From the NCBI GenBank assembly GCA_951406725.2, contig OX597839.1, forward strand, positions 35,092,001-35,156,000: a stretch of 64,000 bases of DNA. Reading direction: 5' to 3'. The notes under the pieces were generated by a model. The model ran no database searches and was not told the origin of the DNA. It worked only from the letters and a program-made list of their open reading frames with translations. The translations under genes were made by a program, and so were the position numbers. Positions within the stretch are counted from its first letter, which is position 1. The number at the start of each line of letters is the position of its first letter. This DNA comes from Octopus vulgaris (taxonomy: Eukaryota). This document shows positions 37,888 through 50,890 of this stretch, piece by piece.

Positions 37888-38275
37888 TTGTGTGTCTGTT
37901 TGTCCCCTCAACATCACTTGACATGTGATGCTGGTGTGTTTACGTCCCCGTAACTTAGCGGTTCGGCAAAAAAGAGACCGATGAAATAAGTACTAGGCTT
38001 ACAAAGAACGAGTCCTGGGGTCGATTTGATCAACTAAAGGCGGTGCTCCAGCATGGCCACAGTCACATGACTGAAACAAGTAAAAGAGTAAAGAGAGTAT
38101 ATATATATATATGATTGGCTTCTTTCAGTTTCTATCTATCAAGTCCACCCACAAGGTTTTGGTCGGCCCAAGACTATAGTAGAAGACACTTTCCCAACGT
38201 CCTACACCATGGAACCGAACCCAGAACCATGTAGTTGGTAAGCAAGCCACTTACCACACAGCCACTTCTGTGCCT
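36715..38275. mobile_element. Cluster of SINE A and SINE B copies in both orientations
   Basis: A(-) 36715-37122; B(-) pieces 37145-37730; A(+) 37733-38098; A(-) head 38115-38275. Confidence 0.8.
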
Positions 38276-39039
38276 ATTAAGATAATAATAGTTTAAAATT
38301 TTGGCTCCGTGACCAGCCATTTTTGAGGACAGAGGGTTGGCTAACTTGTTTAAGGTCTCAGTTTCATTTCTTACTCTATAACAGGATCCTTATTCTATAA
38401 CAAGATTCCCTTCTCATCTTTTCTCTTTTATTGACCCCTTTTCATCTCTTTTACTGACCCCTAGATACTCATAACTGCTCTCAGCTTCTAACTTTTTTTA
38501 TTTAGGTATCACTGTCTAGATATCGCATGTTTGATGGTTTTTCCCATCGACAAGCCCAAATTCCATTTTGATGTCATTATCATCATTATTGTTATTATCT
38601 GATGGTATGCACAAATATGGTGCACTTGCAATCAATGTCACAGAAACCAAGTTACAACTAATTTCCTTAGATATCGAGGAATTGTTGGACAATCCTTCTC
38701 GTTTCTAAGGAAACGGATTTCTGTGTTAATGCTCTTTCCATTATATTGTTTTTTAATTCCTTATTGCACACAGGGGACTAAATTTAGAGGGGACAGACAA
38801 GGACAGACAAAGGGATTAAGTCGATTACATCGACCCCAGTTCGTAACTAGTACTTATTTAATCAACCCCGAAAGGATGAAGGGCTAAGTTGACCTCGGCG
38901 GAATTTGAACTCAGAATGTAATGGCTGATGAAATACCGCTAGGCATTTCACCTGGCTTGCTAACAATTCTGCCAGCCCACCTACCTAATAATAATAATCA
39001 TCATCATCATCATCACCATCATCATTATTATTATTAAAT

Positions 39040-39590
39040 GGCAAGAGTCTGTACTTGGGTTTTGTTAACATGGAGAAAGCCTTTGACAGGGTCCCCCGAT
39101 CCCTTGTCTGGTGGACAATGACAAGTAACTGAGACCTTTGGCAATATGCCATGCTTGAGAAAACACGGCAAGCCAAGTGAGATCGTAGTCATGACCAATG
39201 CCAGTGTTGCATAACTGGCCCCTTTAAAAGCACCCCTTCAGTCGTTGGGCAATATGCCGTGCTTCTGAAGACCTGTTGGACCGAGTGAAACCATAGTCAT
39301 GGCCGGGGCCTGTGTCGCCTGACTGGCACCTGTGCCGGTGGCATGTAAAAAGCACCATTCAAGTGTGACAGATCCCAGTGACACCAGAATGGCACCCATA
39401 CTGGTGGCACATAAAAGCAGCCACTTCACTCTCGGAGTGGTTGGCATTAGGAAAGGCATCCAGCTGTAGAAACCTTGCCGAATCGGATTGGACCTTGGTG
39501 CAGCCTCTCAGCTTGCCAGTCCTCAGTCGAACCATCCAACCCATGCCAGCATGGAAAGCAGATGATAAACAATGACAGTGATGATGATCT
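39040..39590 (+). mobile_element. RTE LINE with large internal deletion
   Basis: KSLYLGFVNMEKAFDRVPRSLVWWTM (RT motif) is fused directly to the C-terminal DLWQYAMLEKTRQAK*, followed by the 3' UTR and gat tail. Confidence 0.75.
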
Positions 39591-39789
39591 ATATATTATC
39601 TATATATAAATACACACATACACACACACATGTACGCGTATACATACAAACATGCATATGTATATGGAGGTCCCTATCTTCACACACATATTAAGCAACA
39701 CATCTACCTATCTATCTATCTATCTGTCAGTCTGTCTGTCAGTTTCTCTATGTCTGTCTTTCGACCTATTTATCCAGCCACTCACCTAT

Positions 39790-40125
39790 CTATCATCGTT
39801 TAACATCCGTTTTCCATGCTAGCATGGGTTGGACAGTTCGACTGGGGTCTGGGAAGCCAGGAGGCTGCACCAGGCTCCAGTCTGATCTGGAGAGTGTTTC
39901 TACAGCTGGATGCCCTTCCTAACACCAACCACAGTGTAGTGGGTGTTTTTTACGTGCCGCCGGCACAGGGGCCAGAGGAGGCTGGCAAACAGCCACGATC
40001 GGTTGGTGTTTTTATGTGTCACCGACACGGACACCAGTCAGGCGGAGCTGGCATCTGCCACGTTCGGACGGTACTTTTTACGTGTCACCAGCACGGGTAT
40101 CTTAACTACAATTTCCGTTTGATTT
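39790..40125 (-). mobile_element. RTE-type LINE 3' UTR fragment
   Basis: Same tail sequence as 13078-13320. Confidence 0.75.
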
Positions 40126-40261
40126 TTATCTGTCTATCAATCTATCTACCTACCTACCTACCTACTTAACTATCTATTTATCTATCTATTTCTCTGTCTC
40201 TCTGACTATCTATCTATCAATCTATCTATCTATCTACCCATATATATCTATCAATCCTACC

Positions 40262-40742
40262 TACCTCATCAACTTCTTCGAGTATCACTTGAAAAGGAAA
40301 GTGAGAGTAGAGAGGCAAGTTTTGTCTAGCGAATGTTTCAAAAAAAGATGGGTGAATGTAGCAAGGATGGCACGTATGAATGACGAAGCCACCTTGAGCA
40401 TAATCCTATGAACCCAGAAAAATTTAAAACAGAGGGTTACCTATTTGCAAACAAATGTGGTAACATGTAACATTATTGACCCAGGTTACCGTGGTCTTTT
40501 CCGTAGGCTTTTCTTCCCACGGATAAACCTTATCTGTTTCCCCCTTTACACTTTACATCATGACATTTCTGTGATACACGATCCCTATTGATCGTTTTTT
40601 TCTCTCTCTCTTTTTACGATCTCTTTTGATCGAAAAACCACCCCCCCTTTTTATTTTATTTTATTTTTTCTCCCCAAAAAGAAAAGCTCTACTTTGTAAT
40701 TTGTCCCGTCTGTGTTCAGCCCTGTGAGGCTAATAAAGAAAG
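40262..40742 (+). mobile_element. Tx1/L1-like LINE 3' end in a (CTAT)n tract
   Basis: LINFFEYHLKRKVRVERQVLSSECFKKRWVNVARMARMNDEATLSIIL*, then a T-rich 3' UTR and AATAAAGAAA. Flanked by ctac/ctat repeats. Confidence 0.65.
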
Positions 40743-41158
40743 ATATCTATCCATCTATCTATCTTATCTGTCTATTCTCTTATCTATCTGTCTATCTATG
40801 TCCAGTCATCTATTTAATGTCTAATCTGTTTCTTACCTACCTATCTATCTATCTATCTATCTCTATCTCTGTCTATCTATCTATCTATTTATCAATCTAC
40901 CTACCTATCTATCTATCTTCTGCTTGTCTGTTTATCTATTTGTCAATCTATCTATCGCTAGACCACTGAAAACTACAAGTTTCTTCACTTACTCTCTATT
41001 TATTTTATCTATCTATCTATCTGTCTGTCTATATAGTGTCCCGTTCTCTTTGTCTGTCTCATTAATGGTGACCTGTCTCTGTCTATCTGTGTATCTGTCT
41101 GAGTATCTATCTATCTATCTATCTATCTATCTACCTATCTATCTATCTATCTATCTAC

Positions 41159-41201
<43 letters not shown>

Positions 41202-41202
41202 C

Positions 41203-41268
<66 letters not shown>

Positions 41269-41339
41269 CCATGTTGATTCGTTAGCTACTGCACGCATTT
41301 TTTTCTCTCCTTCTTTCTGTGTTTTTCTCTCTCTGTGTA

Positions 41340-41377
41340 TCTTTCTGTTGAAGAGCGTAGGCTCGAAACGTTAAAGA
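41340..41377 (+). ncRNA. Minimal hammerhead-like motif, A6U variant, within a ~200-bp Penelope-like remnant (41270-41478)
   Basis: TCTTT-CTGTTGA-A-GAGC gtag GCTC-GAAA-CG-TT^-AAAGA. Confidence 0.5.
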
Positions 41378-41510
41378 CTTGTTTTATTTATATTTCCTGA
41401 GCGCCATACTAATACAATTGTTCGTTTGTTTTCCACCTGCCTTCGTCTTTTGTTTATTTTCATAAAGCTTCCCGTTATCTATCTATCTACCTACCTATCT
41501 ATCTATCTAC

Positions 41511-41561
<51 letters not shown>

Positions 41562-41562
41562 C

Positions 41563-42172
41563 CTTGAAAAGGAAAGTGAGAGTAGAGAGGCAAGTTTTGT
41601 CTAGCGAATGTTTTAAAAAAAGATGGGTGAATGTAGCAAGAATGGCACGTATGAATGACGAAGCCACCTTGAGCATAGTCCTATGAACCCAGAAATCGAA
41701 AACAGAGAGTTGCTTATTTGCAAAAAAAAAAAAAAAAAAAAAAAAAAGAAATATAAAATGTGACTTCATTGACCGAGGTTACCGTGGTCTTTTCCGTAGG
41801 CTTTTCTTTGCACGGGTAAACCTCACCTGTCCTCCCCTTTACACTTCATATTGACATTTCTGTGATAACGATCCCTATTGATAAATTTTTTTTTTTTTTT
41901 TTTTTTTTTTCCTCTCCTCCTTTTTTTTTTAACCCCCCCTTTTTTTTTTGTCCTCTTTCTCTCCTTTTACGATCCCTTTTGATCGAAACTCCCCCTTCCT
42001 TTTTTTTTTTTTTTTTTTTCTTTCTTAAACCTTCAAAAGAAAAGCTCTACCTTGTAATTTGTTCTATCTGTGTGCAGCCCTGTGTGGCTAATAAAGAAAC
42101 ATATCTACCTACCTATCTATCTATCTACCTACCTATCTACCTATCTATCTACCTACCTATCTATCTATCTAC

Positions 42173-42211
<39 letters not shown>

Positions 42212-42588
42212 CCTATCTATCTACCTACCTATCTATCCATCTACACCATATATCATAACACTGTGATACAAGATCCCCATTGATCGATTTTTTTCCTCTT
42301 CCCCTTTTTTCCCCTTTTTCTTCTTTTTTCATTTCTCTTTTCTTTTGTTCCTTTTCTTTTTCTCCTTTTTTTCATTTTTATCTTATTTATTTATTTATTT
42401 ATTTATTTTTTATTATTGTTTTTTATTTCTTTTCTTCCCTTTTACGATCCCTCTTAATCGAAAACCTACGCCACCCCCTTTTTTTTTTCTTTTGTTTTTT
42501 GTTTTTTTTTTTTCATCCCCCAAAAGAAAAGCTCTACCTTGTAACTTGTCCCATCTGTGTGCAGCCCTGTGTGGTCAATAAAGAAACT
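41563..42588 (+). mobile_element. Two further Tx1/L1-like 3' ends separated by (CTAT)n
   Basis: 41563-42100 repeats 40289-40742. 42250-42588 repeats the 3' UTR. Each ends aataaagaaa followed by (ctat/ctac)n. Confidence 0.7.
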
Positions 42589-42639
42589 TATCTACCTACC
42601 TACCTATCTATCTATCTATCTATCTATCTACCTACCTAC

Positions 42640-42670
<31 letters not shown>

Positions 42671-42711
42671 CCTACCTATCTATCTATCTATCTATCTATT
42701 TACCTACCTAC

Positions 42712-42742
<31 letters not shown>

Positions 42743-42751
42743 CCTACCTAC

Positions 42752-42782
<31 letters not shown>

Positions 42783-42819
42783 CCTACCTATCTATCTATC
42801 TATCTATCTACCTACCTAC

Positions 42820-42850
<31 letters not shown>

Positions 42851-42943
42851 CCTACCTATCTATCTATCTATCTATCTATCTACCTACCTATCTATCTATC
42901 TACCTACCTATCTATCTATCTATCTATCTACCTACCTACCTAC

Positions 42944-43010
<67 letters not shown>

Positions 43011-43101
43011 CCTACCTACCTACCTATCTATCTATCTGTCTACCTATCTATCTATCTAACCATCTTTTTATCTATCTATCAATCTATCTACCTATCTACC
43101 A

Positions 43102-43166
<65 letters not shown>

Positions 43167-43314
43167 ATTCACTGAAGTTACACATAGTTCAAGTTCCTAG
43201 AGTTTCATGCATAACATCGCTTCTATTATTTTTGCCTCTTAAAACTGGAAAAAACCCATACTCATATTCTCAGTTATATTTATCCTGTTTCCTCTACCAG
43301 CCAACACACAATTA

Positions 43315-43376
<62 letters not shown>

Positions 43377-43849
43377 AAAAGGAAAAATATAACATTTGTC
43401 TGTGGGATTAATAATAATAATAATAATTAATTCATTTATTGACCACAAGGGCTAACAAAAATCAATCAAAATATAAAGGGACAAAACACAGGACGAAAGT
43501 TACAAAGGGTTTTGTCCGTTTGAAAAAAGGTCCGTGTACAATATTAATACCAATATGCCACACTCATAACGAGTTAAATAATCTGAACGATATAAATATC
43601 AGTAATAAATAAAGTTCCTTGTAACCCCTTAAAAGGGGATTTGCAGGATAGTTGTAAGTCTGACAACCATAATAGGGCTGTGATTAATTATGAGAGTATT
43701 GTGAATATTAGTAGTAGACAAGATGTGGCTATAAATAACGGAGGGGGAGCAGTGCTCTTGAACTTGTCAGTTGGCCAGGGTCACGACCCATTTTGAACTG
43801 GATCGGAATCTTGCACTTATAAACATGCCACTAATGCTACTTTAGTTAG

Positions 43850-43855
43850 TTGATG

Positions 43856-43913
<58 letters not shown>

Positions 43914-44407
43914 CAGCAGCAGCAGCAGTAACAGTAGTACTAGTAATAGTAGTAGTAGTAACAGTTGTAGTAGTAACAGTAGTAGTAGTAATAGTAGTAG
44001 TAGTAACAGTAGTAGTAGTAACAGTAGTAGTAGCAGCAGTAGTAGTAACAGTAGCAGTAGTAGTAGTAGCAACAGTAGTAGTAGCAACAGTAGTAGCAAC
44101 AGTAGCAGTAGCAACAGTAGTAGTAGTAGCAACAGTAGTAGTAGTAGCAGCAACAGTAGTAGCAGCAACAGTAGCAGTAGTAGTAGCAGCAGCAGCAGCA
44201 ACAGTAGTAGTAGTAACAGTAGTAGTAGCAGCAGCAGTAGTAGTAATAGTAGTAGTAGTAACAGTAGTAGTAGTAGTAGTAGTAGTAGTAATAGTAGTAG
44301 TAGTAGTAGTAGTAGTAACAGTAGTAGTAGTAATAGTAGTAGTAGTAATAGTAGTAGTAGTAACAGTAGTAGTAGTAGTAGTAGTAGTAGTAACGGCAGT
44401 AGTAGTA
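43850..44407. repeat. (GTA/GCA/ACA)n trinucleotide tract
   Basis: Directly visible. Confidence 0.95.
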
Positions 44408-44773
44408 TAAGGCAGATGGTTAGTGATAATGATGCTGGGAAGCTACCGATGGTACCGTCTTGATCTCACACACAAACTGTATACAAGGCACAAGGCCCGG
44501 AATTTTGGGGGAAGTGAGGGGGTGGGGGGGGGGACAGTCGATTACATCGACCCCAATATGCAACTGGTACTTAATTTATCGACCCCGAAAGGACGAAAGG
44601 CAAAGTCGACTTCAGCGGAATTTGAACTCAGAACGTAAAGACAGACGACATACTGCTAAGCATTTCGCCCGGCATGCTAACATTTCTGTCAAGTCACTGC
44701 CTTTAATAATAATAATAATATAATCTTTTCTACTCTAGGCACAAGGCCTGGAATTTTGGGGGAGGTGGGGGGC

Positions 44774-45010
44774 AGACTTTGTTTAGCAAATAAAATAACT
44801 TGCTAGGCAAAGTCTTCTTCAGCAGGTACACCTTAGATTAAATATATATATATATATGAGGCAATCCAGTATATGCGGTAGATTTGAAAAATTAGAATGT
44901 ATAAGCACGGGGCATATACTGGATTGCCTCATGTATATATATTTAATCTAAGGTGTACCTGCTGAAGAAGACTTTGCCTAGAAAGTTATTCTATTTTCTA
45001 AAAAAAGTCT
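44774..45010. repeat. Inverted repeat (~100-bp arms), Penelope-like remnant
   Basis: 44774-44876 is the reverse complement of 44912-45010. Confidence 0.85.
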
Positions 45011-45027
45011 GAAACCATTGGTCCAGG
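44958..45027 (+). ncRNA. Type I hammerhead ribozyme motif (canonical core, GUC site)
   Basis: CCTG-CTGAAGA-AGACTTT[loop]AAAGTCT-GAAA-CCATTGG-TC^-CAGG. Confidence 0.75.
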
Positions 45028-45274
45028 AGTTAGATGGCAAATGTTTATAGTTTTCACTCCCTTCAAAATTTTATTCCTAATAGCGTTTTGGAATTTAATT
45101 GTCCTTTCTAGCATGCAAGGAATCCTATGATGGATGCCTCTTGTGTGTATAAATGTACACTGTATTTGTATGAATAATATATAGTCTATTGACTAAAGTT
45201 TTACACGCTAGGCCACTGGTAGCGGAAATTTCAAATATTTCTAATTACCCTTTGATATCATTAATTATAGTTAT

Positions 45275-45401
<127 letters not shown>

Positions 45402-45495
45402 TACATATGTATACATGTATATATATGTATGTATAACTATATATATATATATATATATATAGTTATACATATGTATACATGTATATATATGTATG

Positions 45496-45540
<45 letters not shown>

Positions 45541-46679
45541 TACATATGTATATATATGTATGTATAACTATATATATATATATATAATATATATTAAAAG
45601 AAGGTGGACAAAGTCAGACTATATCTGCCCTGTTGCTCCTCTGCGGGAGAGGTGGAGGAGAGGAAGAAGAAGAACAACAACAAGAGAACAAGAACTGTGG
45701 CACCTAACTTTTTAGTGATTAGATATGTTCAAATGGCAGCAGTGCATGTGTACATGGATGAGTGGGTGATGGGGGAGGGGAAGGGCTAAAGGTAGGGACA
45801 CATAAATATATATATATATCATCATCATCATCATCATCATTTAGCGTCCGCTTTCCATGCTAGCATGGGTTGGACGGTTCAACTGGGGTCTGTGAAGCCA
45901 GAAGGCTGCATATATATAAATACATACATACATATATATATAAATATATACATGTATGTATATATATATCATCGTCATTATATATACATTTATGTTTGTC
46001 AATATCAATATTTATTGTATTAAGAAAGTAGAAGGAAGGAAGTGAGTAGAATTGATATAACAACACCAGACAGACCAGACCAGCGATATTCAATTCAGTT
46101 TTATTTGTCCATGTTAATAAGGTTAAAATCTTATTAAACGTTTATTCTGTTGTTCGTAGTAAAAGATAATTGAAGAGAGTTGTCTATGATATACTGGAAT
46201 TGAGTGAATTAACTGTGACCTCCTTGTCGACCAACTTTGGCCTCGTTGTGCCAGTCTAAGGAAGCACTGTCTGTTCTAAGGGTCGGCGGGGGTTGGGGGC
46301 AAGCGCTGTGGAACAAGACTATGAAGAAATTGGTTTTTCAAATGGTCTCGGGTTCCGTTCTTGAAATGAATTGTGATGTCACTACTGCCAACTTCTATTG
46401 GCCTCCTCTGCCTTTCCCTTGGACAACATCAGTGGCATGGAGAGGGGAGACTGGCATGCATGGGCAACTGGTGGCCTTCCTATAGTAGAAGACACTTCCC
46501 TTGGGTTTCCTGTCCATAAAGGCTTTAGCTTTATGGCATATTGTCAGATGCCAAAACCCGTTGACAGGTTTGGGATCTGATGATATGCCTTAAAGCTAAA
46601 CTCTGTATGGACTGGAAACTTAAAGGAATCCCAGAAACCAGCCTTCCACATTTTTAATATATACATACATATATATATA

Positions 46680-47335
46680 TTACCAACCACATGGTTCCGG
46701 GTTCAGTTCCACTGCGTGGCACCTTGGGCAAGTGTCTTCTACTATAGCCTCGGGCCGACTAAAGCCTTGTGAGTAGATTTGGTTGACGGAAACTGAAAGA
46801 AGCCCGTCATATATATGTATATATATATATGCATGTGTGTGTTTGTGTGTCTGTGTTTGTCCCCCTAGCATTGCTTAACAACCGATGCTGGTGTGTTTAT
46901 GTCCCCGTTACTTAGCGGTTCGGCAAAAAGAGGCCGATAGAATAAGTACTGGGCTTACAAAAGAATAAGTCCCGGGGTCGAGTTGCTCGAATAAAGGCGG
47001 TGCTCCAGCATGGCCGCAGTCAAATGACTGAAACAAGTGTGTGGAGGCGCAATTGCCCGGTGGTTAGGGCAGCGGACTCGCGGTCGTAGGATCGCGGTTT
47101 CAATTCCCAGACCGGGCGTTGTGAGTGTTTATTGAGCAAAAACACCTAAAAGCTCCACGAGGCTCTGGCAGTGGTGATCCCTGCTGTACTCTTTCACCAC
47201 TCATTCTCCCACTCTTTCTTCTGTTGACCTGCTTGCTTAGCCAGTGGGGTGGCGTCATTTGAAGGCTAAAACAATGCAAACGCATTGTGACCAGCAATGT
47301 GTAACTACATCTGATAGACTGGTTGGTCACGTGAT
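46680..47335 (+). mobile_element. SINE A immediately followed by SINE C
   Basis: A 46680-47038; C head from 47041 with a different 3' module. Confidence 0.8.
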
Positions 47336-47354
47336 ATATATATATGTACATATA

Positions 47355-47475
47355 CATTAGGATTGGCAATGAGTACAGTGAAGAATTCCGGGTAGGAGTT
47401 GGCATCCACCAAGGCTCAGCCCTCAGTCTCCTTTTATTCATCATAGTCCTCCAGGCATTAACAGAGGAATTCAGA
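47355..47475 (+). mobile_element. RTE reverse-transcriptase fragment
   Basis: IRIGNEYSEEFRVGVGIHQGSALSLLLFIIVLQALTEEFR (QG..LS..LF motif). Confidence 0.75.
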
Positions 47476-47477
47476 AC

Positions 47478-47913
47478 ATGAAGACGGACGAAATACCTAT
47501 GTCTTTACTGCTCCCAGGGGGCTAAACACAGAGAGGACAAACAAGGACAGACAGACAGATTAAGTCGATTATATCGACCCCAGTGCGTAATTGGTACTTA
47601 ATTTATCAACCCCCCGAAAGGATGACAGGCAAAGTCGACCTCGGTGGAATTTGAACTCAGAACGTAACAGCAGATGAAATACCTATTTCTTTATTACCCA
47701 CAAGGGGCTAAACACAGAGGGGACAAACAAGGACAGACATAGGTATTAAGTCGATTACATCGACCCCAGTGCGTAACTGGTACTTAATTTATCGACCCCG
47801 AAAGGATGAAAGGCAAAGTCGACCTCGGCGGAATTCGAACTCACAACGTAACGCAGACGAAATACCGCTAAGCATTTCGCCCGGCGTGCTAACGATTCTG
47901 CCAGCTCACCGCC
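47478..47913 (-). mobile_element. SINE family B tandem
   Basis: Repeated body with the head at ~47912. Confidence 0.85.
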
Positions 47914-48215
47914 TTAATAATAATAATGATAATTATAATTATGATGATGATGACGGTGATAATAATAATAATAATAATAATAATTTATTTCTTTATTACC
48001 CACAAGGGGCTAAACAACAAAAAGAAAAAGCCAAAGGAAACATAGACATTTGCGTTGGTGTCACGTAACATGGGAGAGGTGACAACTGGAGAGCTTCAGT
48101 GTCCTTCTGGATGACGACCCCTCCCCACCACTTGACTCACTTAATGGAGATGAAGTCATTCGATAGATGGGATTGTTTGATGGAGGTGATGGCGGAATTT
48201 GAACTCAGAAATAAT

Positions 48216-49095
48216 TACTACTACTACCATTACTACTACTACTACTACTACCGCTGCTGCTACTACTACTGCTACTACTACTACTACTGCTACTACTACT
48301 GCTACTACTACTACTGCTGCTACTACTACTGCTACTACTACTACTACTGCTGCTACTACTACTACTGCTACTACTACTACTACTGCTACTACTACTACTG
48401 CTGCTACTACTACTGCTACTACTACTACTACTGCTACTACTACTGCTACTACTACTGCTGCTACCACAACTGCCACTACCACCGCCACCACCACTACCAC
48501 CGATGCTACCACTACCACCACCGCCACCACCACCACCGATGCTACCACTACCACTACTGCTACTACTACTACTACTGCTACTACTACTACTACTGCTGCT
48601 GCTACTACTACTACCTACTGCCACTACTACTACTGCTGCTACTACTACTGCTACTACTACTACTACCGCTACTACTACTACTACTGCTACTACTACTACT
48701 GCTGCTACTACTACTGCTACTACTACTACTACTGCTACTACTACTACTACTGCTACTACTACTACTACTACTGCTACTGCTACTACTACTACTACTACTG
48801 CTACTACTACTACTGCCACTACTACTGCTGCTACTACTACTGCTACTACTACTACTGCTACTACTACTGCTGCTGCTACTACTGCTGCTACTACTACTAC
48901 TGCTGCTACTACTACTGCTGCTACTACTACTACTGCTGCTACTACTACTGCTGCTACTACTACTACTGCTACTACTACTGCTACTACTACTACTACTGCT
49001 ACTACTACTACTACTGCTACTACTACTACTACTGCTGCTGCTACTACTACTACTACTACTGCTGCTACTACTACTACTGCTGCTACTACTACTAC
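48216..49095. repeat. (TAC/TGC/CAC)n tract flanked by ~175-bp inverted repeats
   Basis: 48011-48185 is the reverse complement of ~49187-49378. Confidence 0.9.
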
Positions 49096-50449
49096 AAGAA
49101 TGAGAACAATAACAACAACAACAACCAGAAAAAGCAGAAACAAAACGTAGCCCCCACTACCGTCCCTCACCAAAAACATGTCTATCTCCTCCATCCAACA
49201 ATCCCATCTATCAAATGACTTCATCTCCATTCAGAGGGGACTTAAGTGAGTCAAGTGGTGGGGAGGGGTCGTCATCCAGAAGGACACTGAAGCTCTCCAG
49301 TTGTCACCTCTCCCATGTTACGTGACACCAACGCAAATGTCTGTGTTTCCTTTGGCTTTTTTTTTTTGTTGTTTGTTTATGGATTTCGAGCCATCATCTT
49401 CTTCCTCCACCTCCTCATTTGCCATCCCCCTCTGCCTCTTCTTCCCTCCCTCTCCCCCTCTGCCTCCTTGCCATTGTCATCATGGTCATCATCCCTGCCA
49501 CCACTCCATCATCATCATCACTACCACCATCGTCGCCGCCGCCATCATCACCACCACCACTACCATCGTCACCATCATCACCACCACCATCATCACCATC
49601 ATCACCACCATCATCACCATCACCACCACCATATCATCATCATCATCATCACCATCATCACCACCACCAACACTGTCATCATCACCATCATCATCATCAC
49701 CACCACAACCATCATCATCATCGTTGTTCTCATCATTGCTGTCATCATCATCAGCAACAGCAGCAGCATTATTATCATCAGCAGCAGCAGTAACAACAGT
49801 TGCAAGTGGAGGCGCAATGGCCAGGTGGTTAGGGCAGCGAACTCGCGGTCGCAGGAATGCGGTTTCGATCCCAAGACCGGGCATCGTGAGTGTTTATTGA
49901 GCAAAAACACTTAAGCTCCACGAAGCTCCGGCGGTGGATGGTGGTGAACCCCGCTGTACTCTTTCACCACATCTTTCTCTCGCTCTTTCTTCCTACTTCT
50001 GCCACAAAGCAGAGGAACCATGGTGTAACCCACTATGGTGTGGTAAACTTTCAGACCCTAGTCTAGATTGCGAATCCTCTGTACCCCAAGATGGTTCAGC
50101 TCTCCACCCGTTAAAAAAGCCACCGTTTACGGAATGAGGATAACAACGTAGCTTTCGCGCCCGTGCAACCGCCAGTCTATCGCAGGTGGTGGGTGGATCT
50201 TCAAGTTGCTGCATGCATTCTTAGTAGCTTAGAGTGAGGCCCGAATTAGAGATTTTTCTTTGTGGCTAATGGCGTGAGTCCTGATTGGAGGAGGAGGAAG
50301 AAGAAGAAGAAGAGAAGCAGGAGAAGAAGAGGAGGAAGAAGAAGAAGTTGACAGCTGCTTTATAATTCATCATCATTCTTATTGTCATCATCGTCATTGT
50401 CAGCAGGGAGGGGGAGTCAACATCATCATCATTCTTGTCATCATCATCC

Positions 50450-50890
50450 TCAAAATCAAAATCAAAATCGTAATCTATCAACATCAGTGGAATTTGTAGC
50501 TGTGATACCAGTGCCGGTGGCACGTAAGAGAACCATCCGAACGTGGCTGTAGCCAGCACCGCCCTGACTGGCTTCCATGCCGGTGGCACGTAAAAAGCAC
50601 CATCCAACCATGGCCGTTGCCAGCCTTGCCTGGCCCCCGTGCTGGTGGCACGTAAAATGCGCCATCTGATAGTGGCAATTTGCCAGACTCGTCTGGCACC
50701 TGTGTTGGTAGCACATAAAAAGCACCCACTACACTCTTGGAGTGGTTGGCGTTAGGAAGGGCATCCAGCTGTAGAAACACTGCCAGATCAGACTGGGCCT
50801 GGTGCAGCCTCCTGGCTTCCCAGACCCCAGTTGAACCGTCCAACCCATACTAGCATGGAAAGCGGATACTAAACGATGATGATGATGATG
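50450..50890 (+). mobile_element. RTE-type LINE 3' UTR with subrepeats and (GAT)n tail
   Basis: Colinear with 56270-57012. Confidence 0.8.
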
